A stretch of DNA of 64,000 bases, taken from positions 118,261-182,260 of the forward strand of contig CAWIFX010000043.1 in NCBI GenBank assembly GCA_963835515.1, given 5' to 3'. The stretch's first letter is position 1, and every line of letters begins with the position of its first letter. The notes under the pieces are model-generated. The model was not told where the DNA came from. It worked only from the letters and a program-made list of their open reading frames with translations, and ran no database searches. Made by a program: the position numbers and the translations under genes. Source of the stretch: an uncultured Acidimicrobiia bacterium. GTDB lineage: Bacteria > Actinomycetota > Acidimicrobiia > Spongiisociales > JAENVV01. Below, one piece after another: positions 47,105 through 56,415 of this stretch.

Positions 47105-47743
47105 GTGACCGATAGACCACTCTTCTTCCGCCCCATCCAGCATCGTATCGTTGCCCGGGCCTTGCGCCCTGCGCTTGTGTGGGCGTATGTGGCCGTGTTC
47201 GTAGCGGCCTTGCTGGTGATTTTGGTTTGGCTACTGGCAATCGGGGTGGGCGCCGGTGTCTGGGTGTTCAACCGCGACCACGTGATTATGGAATCCGCTG
47301 CCCAGGTCGTGCGATACGCATTATGGGTTTCCGGACCGGTGACCGTTGGCGTGGCCGTGGCGGGCGCTGCCTACGGGTCGACCGAGTCGCGCTCGTTTCC
47401 GAGAACGATGACGGGCACGATCATTGGAGTCGGTTTTGGGGCCGCCCTCCTGGGAGTTGGCGCCTCCGGGTTTGCGGCGGCTGGCCTGGCAGCCGGGTGG
47501 GGGAGTGCGATCCCGGCCGATCGCACGAGTCGGATCGCCGCCAGGGGATTACCGATGTTGATCGCGGCTATCGCCGCGACGGTCTGGCCGATTGGTCGGA
47601 TTGCCGATCTGGGGCGCGGACCGCTCGTGGCCGTGTTCGCCCTGTCTCCACTGCTTGCTGCGCTTGTAGTGTGGGCGGGGGATGCTGCTTGGGCGGCGAT
47701 CTCTGGCGGAAAAGAGGAACCGAAATCGGCCCCGGTCGGTTGA
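47105..47743 (+). CDS. Hypothetical polytopic membrane protein (Gly/Ala-rich)
   Basis: ORF contiguous with the upstream stop. Five TM helices. No family recognised. Confidence 0.4.
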   Translation: MTDRPLFFRPIQHRIVARALRPALVWAYVAVFVAALLVILVWLLAIGVGAGVWVFNRDHVIMESAAQVVRYALWVSGPVTVGVAVAGAAYGSTESRSFPRTMTGTIIGVGFGAALLGVGASGFAAAGLAAGWGSAIPADRTSRIAARGLPMLIAAIAATVWPIGRIADLGRGPLVAVFALSPLLAALVVWAGDAAWAAISGGKEEPKSAPVG

Positions 47744-47762
47744 TACCCAAAGGAGCGCAACC

Positions 47763-48416
47763 GTGTTAGGTGTCTACATCTTCTGTGCGATCGTCGGTAT
47801 TCCGCTCGTTCTCATGATGGCGTTCCTCGGTGGTGATACCGACCTCGACTTCGACGCTGACCTCGATCTGGACCTCGACCTGGACATGGACGTCGACCTG
47901 GACATGGATATGGACGTCGACGTCGACGTCGATCCGGACCTTGAGACTGGTCTTGACATCGCTAGTGCGGGTGGGGTTGCCGGGGATGCGTTCACAAGCA
48001 TGCTGTCGATTCGAGCAGCGATTTTCGCCCTGGCGGGATTCGGCACCGGCGGCCTGGTTGGTTATTGGTCCGGTTTACCCCTTGTGGTTCATGTTGTTAT
48101 GGCCATCGTGGCGGGACTCGGCTTTGCTTTCGCCTCGTCGTTTGCCCTGGCATGGGTCAAGCAGAACGAGACCAACTCGGAAGTTCGCAAGATCGATCTT
48201 CAGGGCAAAGCTGCCCGGGTCACGGTTCCCGTCGCGCACCATCAGCGAGGCAAAGTCACCTTGTTGGTACAGGGCAAACCGACGCAAATGACCGCCAAAT
48301 TGTTTAGCGAAAAAGGCGATCAGCAGCTGTCGGTCGGTGACCAGGTCGTGGTCGTCGAAGTTGACGAGTCGGGTACGGCGCTCATCGCCCGGCTCGACTC
48401 ACTCGCCAACGAATAG
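47763..48416 (+). CDS. NfeD-like (YuaF-type) membrane protein with an inserted acidic (D-L/D-M/D-V)n low-complexity tract
   Basis: GTG start after an AAGGAG RBS. N-terminal TMs, then a C-terminal OB-fold beta-barrel (…GKAARVTVPVAHHQRGKVTLLVQGKPTQMTA…). Lies upstream of the flotillin gene, which is the canonical pairing. Confidence 0.7.
   Translation: MLGVYIFCAIVGIPLVLMMAFLGGDTDLDFDADLDLDLDLDMDVDLDMDMDVDVDVDPDLETGLDIASAGGVAGDAFTSMLSIRAAIFALAGFGTGGLVGYWSGLPLVVHVVMAIVAGLGFAFASSFALAWVKQNETNSEVRKIDLQGKAARVTVPVAHHQRGKVTLLVQGKPTQMTAKLFSEKGDQQLSVGDQVVVVEVDESGTALIARLDSLANE
47836..47940 (+). repeat. Hexanucleotide-based tandem repeat (GACCTC/GACATG/GACGTC units) encoding DLDFDADLDLDLDLDMDVDLDMDMDVDVDVDPDLE
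   Basis: Seen directly in the sequence, within the NfeD ORF. Confidence 0.8.
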
Positions 48417-48438
48417 TTCACATACAGAAAGGGTAAAC

Positions 48439-49743
48439 ATGTTGCCGTGGATCATTAGCGGAGTGTTAGTAGTGGTTGCGGTGTTGATCATCGCCGCCGT
48501 CATCTCCAGTCTCGTAGTAGTAGTGCCACCCAACCGGGTGGCCGTGTTTTCGGGTTCAGGTGGTGGAGCCCGTCAGGGCTACAAAGTCGTCGTGGGTGGG
48601 AGAAAAGTTCGGCGGCCCATCATTGAGAAGGTGGATTGGATGGATCTATCCACGATCGCCATCGACGTCTCCGTCAGCAATGCCTACTGCAAGGGCACGA
48701 TCCCACTGAACGTTCAGGGCGTTGCCAACGTCAAGATTTCCTCGAAGGAGGGCATTCTCGACAACGCCATCGAACGGTTCCTGGGTCGACCCATTGACGC
48801 GGTTGCGAAGATCGCCAAGGAAACGTTGGAAGCCAACCTCCGTGGGGTTCTTGCCACCCTGACGCCCGAAGAGGTGAACGAGGATCGGCTGAAGTTCGCG
48901 ACGACCTTGATTGACGAGGCCGATGACGATATGCGCACGCTGGGTCTGGAACTCGACGTGCTGAAGATCCAGAACGTCACCGATGAGGTCGGTTATCTCG
49001 AATCGGTTGGTCGGCGACAGACCGCCCAGGTCCTCAAGGAAGCCCGGGTGTCGGAAGCGTCCCAGCGGGCAGAGGCAGAGGAGCAAGAGGCAGAGTCCCG
49101 GCGGCGGGCGGAGATGGCCGGATTGCAGGCCGATGAGGCGATCATCGTGCAACGCAACGAACTGCGCATGCGAACCGCCGATCTTGAAGCTGAAGCCGTT
49201 GTCAAAGAGCAGCAGGCACTGGTAGCAGGCGAGAAGGCCCGGGCCGTTGCCGAGCAAGACCTCGAGCAAGCCCGCATCGAACTCCAGAAGCGGCGACTCG
49301 AAGCCGATGTCATCACGCCGGCCAGGGCCAAGAAGGAAGCCTCGGAGCTCGAAGCCAAAGGTAACGCGGCCTCGATCATCGAAGACGGTACGGCCCAGAT
49401 TGAGGTCTTCAATCGGCTGGTCACCCAATACAAGGCAGCTGGTGCAGACGCAGAGCGCATCTTCGTGCTCAACATGTTGCCGGACCTGGTTGCCAAAATC
49501 GTCGACACGGTCAATAACGTTTCGATCGACAAGGTGTCGGTCATCGATGGGGGCGGCAATGGCTCCGGCCAGGGTATCCCGGGCTTGTTGTCGCAGCTGC
49601 CGGCTTCGGTGATCAAGATCACCGAACAGATAGAGAACGCCACCGGTGTCAACATTCTGTCCGGATTGAATCATCCCGCCAAGGTTGATGATCTGCCGGT
49701 CGTCGAAACGGTCCCGCCAGTTCCCGAGTCAGCTGACGCATAA
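48439..49743 (+). CDS. Flotillin-like SPFH/band-7 protein (FloT/YuaG-like)
   Basis: N-terminal TM, SPFH domain, a long Ala/Glu-rich coiled coil (…EAEEQEAESRRRAEMAGLQADEAIIVQRNELRMRTADLEAEA…), and the flotillin C-terminal domain. Confidence 0.85.
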   Translation: MLPWIISGVLVVVAVLIIAAVISSLVVVVPPNRVAVFSGSGGGARQGYKVVVGGRKVRRPIIEKVDWMDLSTIAIDVSVSNAYCKGTIPLNVQGVANVKISSKEGILDNAIERFLGRPIDAVAKIAKETLEANLRGVLATLTPEEVNEDRLKFATTLIDEADDDMRTLGLELDVLKIQNVTDEVGYLESVGRRQTAQVLKEARVSEASQRAEAEEQEAESRRRAEMAGLQADEAIIVQRNELRMRTADLEAEAVVKEQQALVAGEKARAVAEQDLEQARIELQKRRLEADVITPARAKKEASELEAKGNAASIIEDGTAQIEVFNRLVTQYKAAGADAERIFVLNMLPDLVAKIVDTVNNVSIDKVSVIDGGGNGSGQGIPGLLSQLPASVIKITEQIENATGVNILSGLNHPAKVDDLPVVETVPPVPESADA

Positions 49744-49773
49744 GGAAGACGAACACAGAAGATGAACAGATCG

Positions 49774-49803
49774 GAGAGACCCCCGGCGGCGCCGGGGGTC
49801 TCT
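49774..49803. terminator. Intrinsic terminator hairpin after the flotillin gene
   Basis: GAGACCCCCGGCG-GC-GCCGGGGGTCTC followed by TTGGTTACC. Confidence 0.55.
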
Positions 49804-49847
49804 TGGTTACCTAGACATTCGGTCAGGCACCCGCCGTGCATTAGCCT

Positions 49848-50855
49848 GTGCAGGTGGCCCGTCTTCGCTTGTTTGCCAATCTGAGAGAACTAGCCGGCAC
49901 CGGCAGCGTCGACATCGACGCTGCCACGGTCGGCGACCTGCTGACCCAGGCCGGTTCTTCCTACGGACCGTCTTTTGTGGCGGCGCTGGACACGGCCAAA
50001 GTCTGGGTGAACGGTGAACCGGCCACTCCGGAACTGGCTGTGTCTCCCGGCGACGAAGTGGCCGTAATCCCTCCGGTATCCGGGGGAGCAGCCACCTTGA
50101 TGGACAATCCCAACATCTCCATCTTCGGAGTCCTTGGCTCGGCGGTTCTGTTGTCAGTGACGAACGCCTATTTGTCAGCCGAGTGGTTCGCCGCCTCTCT
50201 GGTGCTCGTTCTGAGTCTCTGGGCGGTGGACATTGTCCGTGAAACGAATACCGGCGGAATGGCCATGCAGCTGCCTCCGGTCCTCATTGGCATCATGGCC
50301 GGGGTCGCGTTTGTTGCGGCTTCGCCGGGTGACAATCGAGGTTTCGCAGCGTTCGGACTGGTCCTGGTGGTCTCGCTCATTGTGTCCCTGGTGTGGTCAG
50401 TGGCGGTCGAAGAGGCCCGTCACCTGTCGGCGGTAGCAAGCACCACCGTCATCACAACCATGGCAAGTTTGGCGGCGGCCTCACTGATGGCCGCTCGCTT
50501 GGTCGGGGGAGCAACGGTCACCGGCGTGTTCCTCATCCAGGTCATCGTGGCCGGCATTGCCACGGTGATCGCCTTCCGGGTGGCGATCCTCGATCCGAGC
50601 ATTGTCGGGTCGCTAGGAGCGATCATTGCCGGCGTTGTTGCGGCGATGTTGTGGGACTTGCCCGTCGTCGAGTTCGTGTTGGTAGGGGTGGCTGTGGCGC
50701 TCGCCCTGCTGGCAGGGAAAGGCTTCGGCGGTCTTTGTCGGACTGGGGAGCCATACGTTCTTGACCGACCGCCGGGCGTGCTCGGAGACCTCGATGGGGC
50801 CGTATTGGCGGCCGGTCTGCTCTTGCCAGTTTTCTATCTCGTCACCGCAGCCTGA
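49848..50855 (+). CDS. MoaD/ThiS-like beta-grasp domain ending in Gly-Gly, fused to a ~250-aa polytopic membrane domain
   Basis: The first ~80 aa (MQVARLRLFANLRELAGTGSVDID…VWVNGEPATPELAVSPGDEVAVIPPVSGG) match sulfur-carrier proteins including the terminal GG. The rest has 7-8 TM helices. Confidence 0.5.
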   Translation: MQVARLRLFANLRELAGTGSVDIDAATVGDLLTQAGSSYGPSFVAALDTAKVWVNGEPATPELAVSPGDEVAVIPPVSGGAATLMDNPNISIFGVLGSAVLLSVTNAYLSAEWFAASLVLVLSLWAVDIVRETNTGGMAMQLPPVLIGIMAGVAFVAASPGDNRGFAAFGLVLVVSLIVSLVWSVAVEEARHLSAVASTTVITTMASLAAASLMAARLVGGATVTGVFLIQVIVAGIATVIAFRVAILDPSIVGSLGAIIAGVVAAMLWDLPVVEFVLVGVAVALALLAGKGFGGLCRTGEPYVLDRPPGVLGDLDGAVLAAGLLLPVFYLVTAA

Positions 50856-50864
50856 GACTTCTGG

Positions 50865-51272
50865 CTAGGCGGCCCACACCAGGCGGCCAAGCGCCAAACC
50901 TGCGGCGGCTGCCAACACGCCGACGGCCAACGATCCTAAAAGGTTGGCGAAGCCGAGACCGATGTCGCCCCGACTGAATAGCTCAACCGACTCGACGGTC
51001 CAGGTACTGAACGTCGTGAAGCCTCCCAGGACCCCTACGGTCAGGCCCGTGCGAAGTGCCACATCCCAGTCCGGTTGAGTGGCCGCAACGGAGGCGACGA
51101 TGCCAAGGGTGAAGGCTCCAACGATGTTGACAGCGAAGGTCCCCCAGTGAATACCCGGGAGATCTTTCATCCACGTGCCGATTGCATAGCGCCCCGCCGA
51201 TCCGACGGCTCCGCCCAGTGCTACGTACATCAGCGTTCTCACGACGGGCAGCCTACTGGTCGCGAAAACCAT
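50865..51272 (-). CDS. crcB: Fluoride ion channel CrcB/FluC
   Basis: ~125-135 aa with four TM helices and the GGFTTFSTW motif. Start is either of two Mets (51272 or 51230). Confidence 0.75.
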   Translation of the reverse strand: MVFATSRLPVVRTLMYVALGGAVGSAGRYAIGTWMKDLPGIHWGTFAVNIVGAFTLGIVASVAATQPDWDVALRTGLTVGVLGGFTTFSTWTVESVELFSRGDIGLGFANLLGSLAVGVLAAAAGLALGRLVWAA

Positions 51273-51276
51273 CTTT

Positions 51277-52398
51277 GTGGCGCCAGGCGGGTTTACGCTA
51301 TCGGGTGTGCGAACCCCCACCTCAGTTTTCCTTGTGGTCGCGCTGGTGCTCGGGCTGATTGCCTGGGACCCTTCGCCGGCCATATCAGTTGACCGTCAGG
51401 CGGTCGATCAAGCTTGTGCTGCGTCCAAGCAGGCACTGTCGGTCGTCGAAGATGGAGCGGCTCGCCTTGACGAAGCCGTGCGACGCTACGTGGAAATCAA
51501 TATCCAGTTGGAGGAGCAGTCACTCGAGACCTTTGGGCTCCGGGCCGAGGCGGATGAGAAGGCCGAGGTGGTTTCCGGTCTTCGGTCTGTGGTGAACGAG
51601 CAGGCGGTCGGTTTGTACATGTCGGGCTCGGCGACCCAAGGGTCATCTTTGCTCGCGTCAAAATCTCTTACGGACTTCCTTACCGGTCGCCAGATGCTGT
51701 CGGGCCTTAGCGAGCGCACCTTCGATGCGGCTGTCGAACTTGAGAGTCAGATTCAGGACCTGTTGGCGCTGAACGAAGAACTCCAGGCGCACAATGAGGA
51801 ACTCGATGATCTGCGCGACGAGTTGGAGCAGTTGGCGCTAGAGACCAACCAGGCGCTCCAGGCTGCCCAGATGGCCTACTTCGATTTGGACACCGAATGT
51901 GCCCGCCTCTACAACGAGTACCAGGCTGAACTTCGGCGCATCGAGGCCGAACGAGTGGCCAACGCCACCGGGGGCTTGCCGCTCGAAGCGACGCCTGGAT
52001 TTGCCTGCCCGGTCAATCAGCCCTTTTCGTTCATCAACGATTGGGGATTCTCGAGGGATGGGGGAAGGCGGTCGCACAAAGGTACTGACGTCTTCACGCC
52101 GTATGGTCAGGAACAATACGCCGTGGCCAACGGAACTATCGAACTGTTGTCCGGCGGTTTGGGCGGCACGGCCATCTGGTTGGTCTCCGATTATGGCGTT
52201 CGGTTCTATTACGCTCACATGAGTGGTTATGCGCCGGGACTAACGAACGGTCAAGTCGTAGCCATCGGCGATCTTGTGGGATACACCGGGAACTCCGGGA
52301 ACGCCCGCACGACACCGCCACATCTTCATTTTGGAATACGAGCGTCGACGGGACAGTGGGTTAACCCCTATCCTACGTTGGCACGAACTTGCGGATAA
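51277..52398 (+). CDS. M23-family peptidoglycan metalloendopeptidase with N-terminal coiled coil (EnvC-like architecture)
   Basis: Signal/TM, a long coiled coil, and a C-terminal M23 domain with HKGTD…HLHFG zinc ligands. The 5' end overlaps crcB on the opposite strand, so the real start is probably downstream of 51383. Confidence 0.7.
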   Translation: MAPGGFTLSGVRTPTSVFLVVALVLGLIAWDPSPAISVDRQAVDQACAASKQALSVVEDGAARLDEAVRRYVEINIQLEEQSLETFGLRAEADEKAEVVSGLRSVVNEQAVGLYMSGSATQGSSLLASKSLTDFLTGRQMLSGLSERTFDAAVELESQIQDLLALNEELQAHNEELDDLRDELEQLALETNQALQAAQMAYFDLDTECARLYNEYQAELRRIEAERVANATGGLPLEATPGFACPVNQPFSFINDWGFSRDGGRRSHKGTDVFTPYGQEQYAVANGTIELLSGGLGGTAIWLVSDYGVRFYYAHMSGYAPGLTNGQVVAIGDLVGYTGNSGNARTTPPHLHFGIRASTGQWVNPYPTLARTCG

Positions 52399-52407
52399 GG
52401 AGCATTT

Positions 52408-52932
52408 GTGAGCGAGAAACGACGTCGAATCGATCAGATTCTTGACCCGGCCTATACGGAAAACCTGCCCGGTCTCGATCTGGGCGAGCTGCGCGCTCGG
52501 CGTCAGGTTGCGGCCGATGTCGAAAGCGAGCTTTCCTATTACCGTCGGATGCTGCATGGGCGGATGGACTTGCTCAACTTCGAGTTGGCCCGCCGCCGCG
52601 GCGACGAAAAACGATCCTTGATCGAGGCATTACCGGAAATCCTCGCCGCCGGGGAGCGAGCGGGAGGTCAGACCGGCCGGGTCCGCGGCGAGTTTGATCT
52701 GGCGCTTGCGGGCGATGGCAACCGTCCGATAGATGCCGTACTCCAGGATGACTTTCTCACCCACGTGTATGACCTTGAGGTCTCAGAACTCGAAGATATC
52801 CTCACGGCGCTCACGGAGTCAGAACGGGAAGTGTCCGAGACCCGTCGAGCGATTCAAGCTGTCTTTGACGAGGTGCAACAAGTCATCTCCAACCGGTATC
52901 GGGAGACAGTTGTTGGCGAACTCTCCGATTGA
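52408..52932 (+). CDS. RsiG-like putative c-di-GMP-binding anti-sigma factor
   Basis: Two helical repeats carry ESELSYYRRMLHGRMD (E-x3-S-x2-R-x3-H-x3-D) and EREVSETRRAIQAVFD (E-x3-S-x2-R-x3-Q-x3-D). The latter is an exact match to the RsiG c-di-GMP motif. Confidence 0.5.
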   Translation: MSEKRRRIDQILDPAYTENLPGLDLGELRARRQVAADVESELSYYRRMLHGRMDLLNFELARRRGDEKRSLIEALPEILAAGERAGGQTGRVRGEFDLALAGDGNRPIDAVLQDDFLTHVYDLEVSELEDILTALTESEREVSETRRAIQAVFDEVQQVISNRYRETVVGELSD

Positions 52933-53870
52933 GCCTTCTCGGCAACGTTATCCGCAACGGCGTTGTTGAGGCGGAGCATCACGGCGCCATAGCGGTCGTT
53001 GACCCGGACGGAAATCTGGTCGCTTCGATGGGTGATATTGATCGCTTGTTTTATGGTCGCTCGTCGCTGAAACCTTTTCAGGCCCGAGCGTCTCTCGACC
53101 TTGGGGCCTCAGTCAGTGGACCTGCGCTCGCTGTTGCTTGCGCCAGCCACGGCGGGTTGCCGATCCATGTTGCGTATGTGCGCCAGATCCTCGAGAAGGT
53201 TGGCCTCAGTGAAGCTGCCCTTCAGACTCCACCTGCCTGGCCCATGGCCGAGGACGAGGCCAGGCGACGAGTCGCCGCCGGGATGGACGAGCCGCGGCCG
53301 ATCTGGCACGGTTGCTCGGGTAAGCATGCCGCCATGCTGCAGGCCTGCGTCGCGTCCGGTTTTCCGGTCGAGACGTATGTGCAACCTGACCACCCGCTGC
53401 AGGCGCACATGCGGACGCGGATGGCTGAGGCATTGGGTCATCCCATGTCAGGACCGGCTGTCGATGGGTGCGGTGCCCCGGTTTACGAGGTGTCGGTACG
53501 CTCGATGGCAACCGGGTTCGCGCAACTGGGCACGCATCACGAATACGACGAGATTTGGACGGCGATGCATCGATATCCAGGCCTCGTCGGCGAGAATCCT
53601 CGGATTGATCAACTGGCGGCCACGATGACCGAGGCGGCCGCCAAAGTGGGCGCCGAGGGGGTCATCGGGATAGCGGTCCGATCCCGGTTCGGCATAGCCG
53701 TCAAATCGTGGGATGGTTCTACAAGAGGCATCGAAGCAGGCGTAGTCGGGACCATGGAACAACTTGGCTTGTTGAATGGTTTATCACGTCGTCTGTTGCG
53801 AGACCGCCTCGCAGTCTTTGGAGGCGGTTCGGTGCAAGGTCATATTGAGCCAACCGTGGAACTTGTGTGA
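52929..53870 (+). CDS. Asparaginase II-family (Rhizobium-type L-asparaginase) protein
   Basis: …GNVIRNGVVEAEHHGAIAVVD… and …IWHGCSGKHAAMLQAC… are characteristic of this family. Confidence 0.7.
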   Translation: MSLLGNVIRNGVVEAEHHGAIAVVDPDGNLVASMGDIDRLFYGRSSLKPFQARASLDLGASVSGPALAVACASHGGLPIHVAYVRQILEKVGLSEAALQTPPAWPMAEDEARRRVAAGMDEPRPIWHGCSGKHAAMLQACVASGFPVETYVQPDHPLQAHMRTRMAEALGHPMSGPAVDGCGAPVYEVSVRSMATGFAQLGTHHEYDEIWTAMHRYPGLVGENPRIDQLAATMTEAAAKVGAEGVIGIAVRSRFGIAVKSWDGSTRGIEAGVVGTMEQLGLLNGLSRRLLRDRLAVFGGGSVQGHIEPTVELV

Positions 53871-54771
53871 ACGAATTCGACAATCCCCACTTTGCTTTGC
53901 CGCCCGTGGCTGCCGGCCTCGGGCCGTTTCCTCATGGAGCCTATCTCGACACGCTTTGGAAGCACACCGCGACCGAACAGGACGAACTGTGGATCGTTGG
54001 CGACGACCGGGGCGTAGTTCCCTTCATGGTTCATGGACAGGTGATCCGGTTTATCGGCGACGCAGATCTTGTGGACTATCGAAGTCCCCTCGGGGAAGGA
54101 ACTGCCGATCTCATTACGAGCGCGGTGTCTGGCTGTCCATCAGGAATGCGCATCGTGGCCGATTCGCTCCCACGAGCCGCAGCTGACGTCGTAGCCAAGG
54201 GTCTTGAGTCGGCCGGTTTACGCATGTCGGTTGGTGACCACACCGTGGCCGCCGTTCTGCAACTCCCGAACGACTTTGAAGAGTACCTTTCGGCGATCGG
54301 CAAGAAGGAACGGCACGAAACCAGACGGAAGCGTCGACGCTACGAGGCGGCTCTCGGCGAGGTTCGGTTTGTTCATGCGCCCACCGATGGACACCTCTTC
54401 GATCAATTCGTGGCCCTGCACCGGTTGTCGCCCGGAGACAAAGGTTCCTTTATGTCGGACGATATGGAGTCCTACTTCCGGGCGCTGTTGTCGCTTGACG
54501 GATGGGGCATCGACGCTTTGGTCGATGAAGACAACCGAATGGTTGCCGGGGGATTCGCGTTCCAGAATGATAGAGGCTATTTCCTGTACAACAGCGCCTA
54601 CGACCCTGTGCACTCGGAGGTATCGCCCGGCGTAGTGTTGATCGCGGGCCTCATCGAACTCGCGATAGAGAGGGGGCGCGTGTCTTCGACTTCCTCAAGG
54701 GCGATGAGAGCTACAAGTTCCGTTTGGGGGCCGAGCCCCGCCAGCTCTACGTCGTGACGGCCAAGACATGA
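53867..54771 (+). CDS. GNAT acetyltransferase (FemAB/CelD-like, Acetyltransf_6 type), frameshifted at a G5 homopolymer (~54671-54675)
   Basis: In-frame up to …LIELAIERG. The +1 frame then gives the expected C-terminus …GARVFDFLKGDESYKFRLGAEPRQLYVVTAKT*, ending at 54771. Confidence 0.55.
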
Positions 54772-55988
54772 TCAAGCAACTCGCCTATTTGAGCCTGCAT
54801 ACCTCCCCACTCATTCAGCCTGGTGGCGGCGATGCCGGCGGCATGAACGTTTACATCGACGAGTTGGCGCGGACGATGGCTGATCGGGGGATCAACGTCG
54901 ACGTCTTCACTCGCAAGACCCAACCCGACCAACCTCAAGTCGTCATCGTCAACGAGCACTACCGCGTCATTCACATCACGGCAGGACCGGTATACGACCT
55001 ACCGATCGCTCAGCTGACCGAGCATGTTTTCGACTTCGCGGAGTCGGTCTGCGAGTGGGCGCAATCGACTGATACCCGGTACGACATCGTTCACTCGCAC
55101 TACTGGCTGTCCGGCTGGGCAGGGCTGATGGTCAAACGGATCCTCGGGATTCCACTGGCGAACTCGTTCCACACGCTTGCCCGAGTCAAGGACGCCACCC
55201 GTCGCCCGGATGAGCCGCCGAGCGCGCTGGTGCGGATTGCCGCCGAACACGACGTCATCGCTGGTTCCGATTGTGTCATCTCATCTACCCAGGCTGAATA
55301 CGACGATCTGTTGTTGCACTACGGCGCCGACCCGACTCGTTTGTGTACCTCGCCGCCCGGAGTTGATCACGACCTGTTTCGGCCGGCCGATCAGCTAGCC
55401 GCCCGGCAGGCTCTGGGAATCGCTCCCGGGATCCCGCTTCTCTTATTTGTGGGCCGCATTCAGGCGTTGAAAGGTGTAGACGTCGCCCTCGACGCCTTTG
55501 AGAAGGTGCAGGCCGGCCTTCCGGAGGCCCAGATGCTCATTGTGGGCGGGCCGAGCGGGCCCGGCGGGACTGATGAGGTCGCCGCGCTCCGCATGAGTGT
55601 CGAAGCACGCGGATTGTCCGATGCCGTCCGGTTCTATGACCCGGTACCTCACGGCGAGCTGGCAGTTTTCTATCAGGCGGCCGATGTTTTAGTCGTCCCA
55701 TCACGTTCCGAGTCGTTTGGTTTGGTCGCAGCCGAAGCCCAGGCCTGCGGCACCCCGGTGGTTGCCGCACGGGTGGGCGGACTCCAGTACGTAATCTCGC
55801 ACCGGCAGTCCGGCCTTCTGATTGACGGTTGGGAGTCAGCTGATTACGCCGACGCACTGACCCGTATTCTGGGCGACGCGGCATACCGGAACCGTCTGTC
55901 GCGCGGTGCGATCACCTTCTCCGAGCAGTTCTCTTGGGCGACGACTGCCAATCGGCTCCTTGAGTTGTATGCCGGCATCACAGGCTGA
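54768..55988 (+). CDS. mshA: D-inositol-3-phosphate glycosyltransferase (mycothiol biosynthesis, GT4)
   Basis: MshA-specific N-terminus SLHTSPLIQPGGGDAGGMNVYI and a GT4 C-terminal E-x7-E region (…VVPSRSESFGLVAAEAQACGTPVVAARVGGL…). Confidence 0.8.
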   Translation: MIKQLAYLSLHTSPLIQPGGGDAGGMNVYIDELARTMADRGINVDVFTRKTQPDQPQVVIVNEHYRVIHITAGPVYDLPIAQLTEHVFDFAESVCEWAQSTDTRYDIVHSHYWLSGWAGLMVKRILGIPLANSFHTLARVKDATRRPDEPPSALVRIAAEHDVIAGSDCVISSTQAEYDDLLLHYGADPTRLCTSPPGVDHDLFRPADQLAARQALGIAPGIPLLLFVGRIQALKGVDVALDAFEKVQAGLPEAQMLIVGGPSGPGGTDEVAALRMSVEARGLSDAVRFYDPVPHGELAVFYQAADVLVVPSRSESFGLVAAEAQACGTPVVAARVGGLQYVISHRQSGLLIDGWESADYADALTRILGDAAYRNRLSRGAITFSEQFSWATTANRLLELYAGITG

Positions 55989-56415
55989 CACGGCCCATCT
56001 CCTCGAAGAGGTAGTCGCGGGTTGGGTGGCAGACCCGGAAAACGACGTGGTGTATTCCGAGCACGTCGACGGGTACCTGGTGATTCGTCTGCGGCAGGTA
56101 GTGCGTGACTTCACGTCGGTCTGGTTCCTCGTGGGGGACCGGTCGGTCGACGTTGAGGCCTATGTGCTTCCCGCCCCTGACCAAGAAGACTCTCCGGCAT
56201 TCCGACAGTGCCTGGTGCGGAACCAGCGAGCCTGGCGGGTTCACTTCATGGTCGGAAAAGATGGTGGTCTCGTCCTGCACGGTCGGCTCGCCAATGGCAG
56301 TGTCACCAGCGCCGAATTGAGCTATCTCCTGGCTGAGATTTATGAGACTGTCGAAGTGAGTTTTAGGGCGCTGATACGGGCCGGATGGACTGATCAACCT
56401 GGTCGCGAAAAATAG
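55969..56415 (+). CDS. YbjN-domain protein
   Basis: ~150 aa. mshA followed by a YbjN-like gene is the conserved arrangement in mycothiol producers. Start uncertain. Confidence 0.5.
   Translation: MPASQADTAHLLEEVVAGWVADPENDVVYSEHVDGYLVIRLRQVVRDFTSVWFLVGDRSVDVEAYVLPAPDQEDSPAFRQCLVRNQRAWRVHFMVGKDGGLVLHGRLANGSVTSAELSYLLAEIYETVEVSFRALIRAGWTDQPGREK

Noticed and set aside
47836-47940. Possible CRISPR-like repeat array
   Set aside because: Units are 6 nt with no spacers and lie inside a coding frame (the NfeD DL tract). No cas genes are present in the window.
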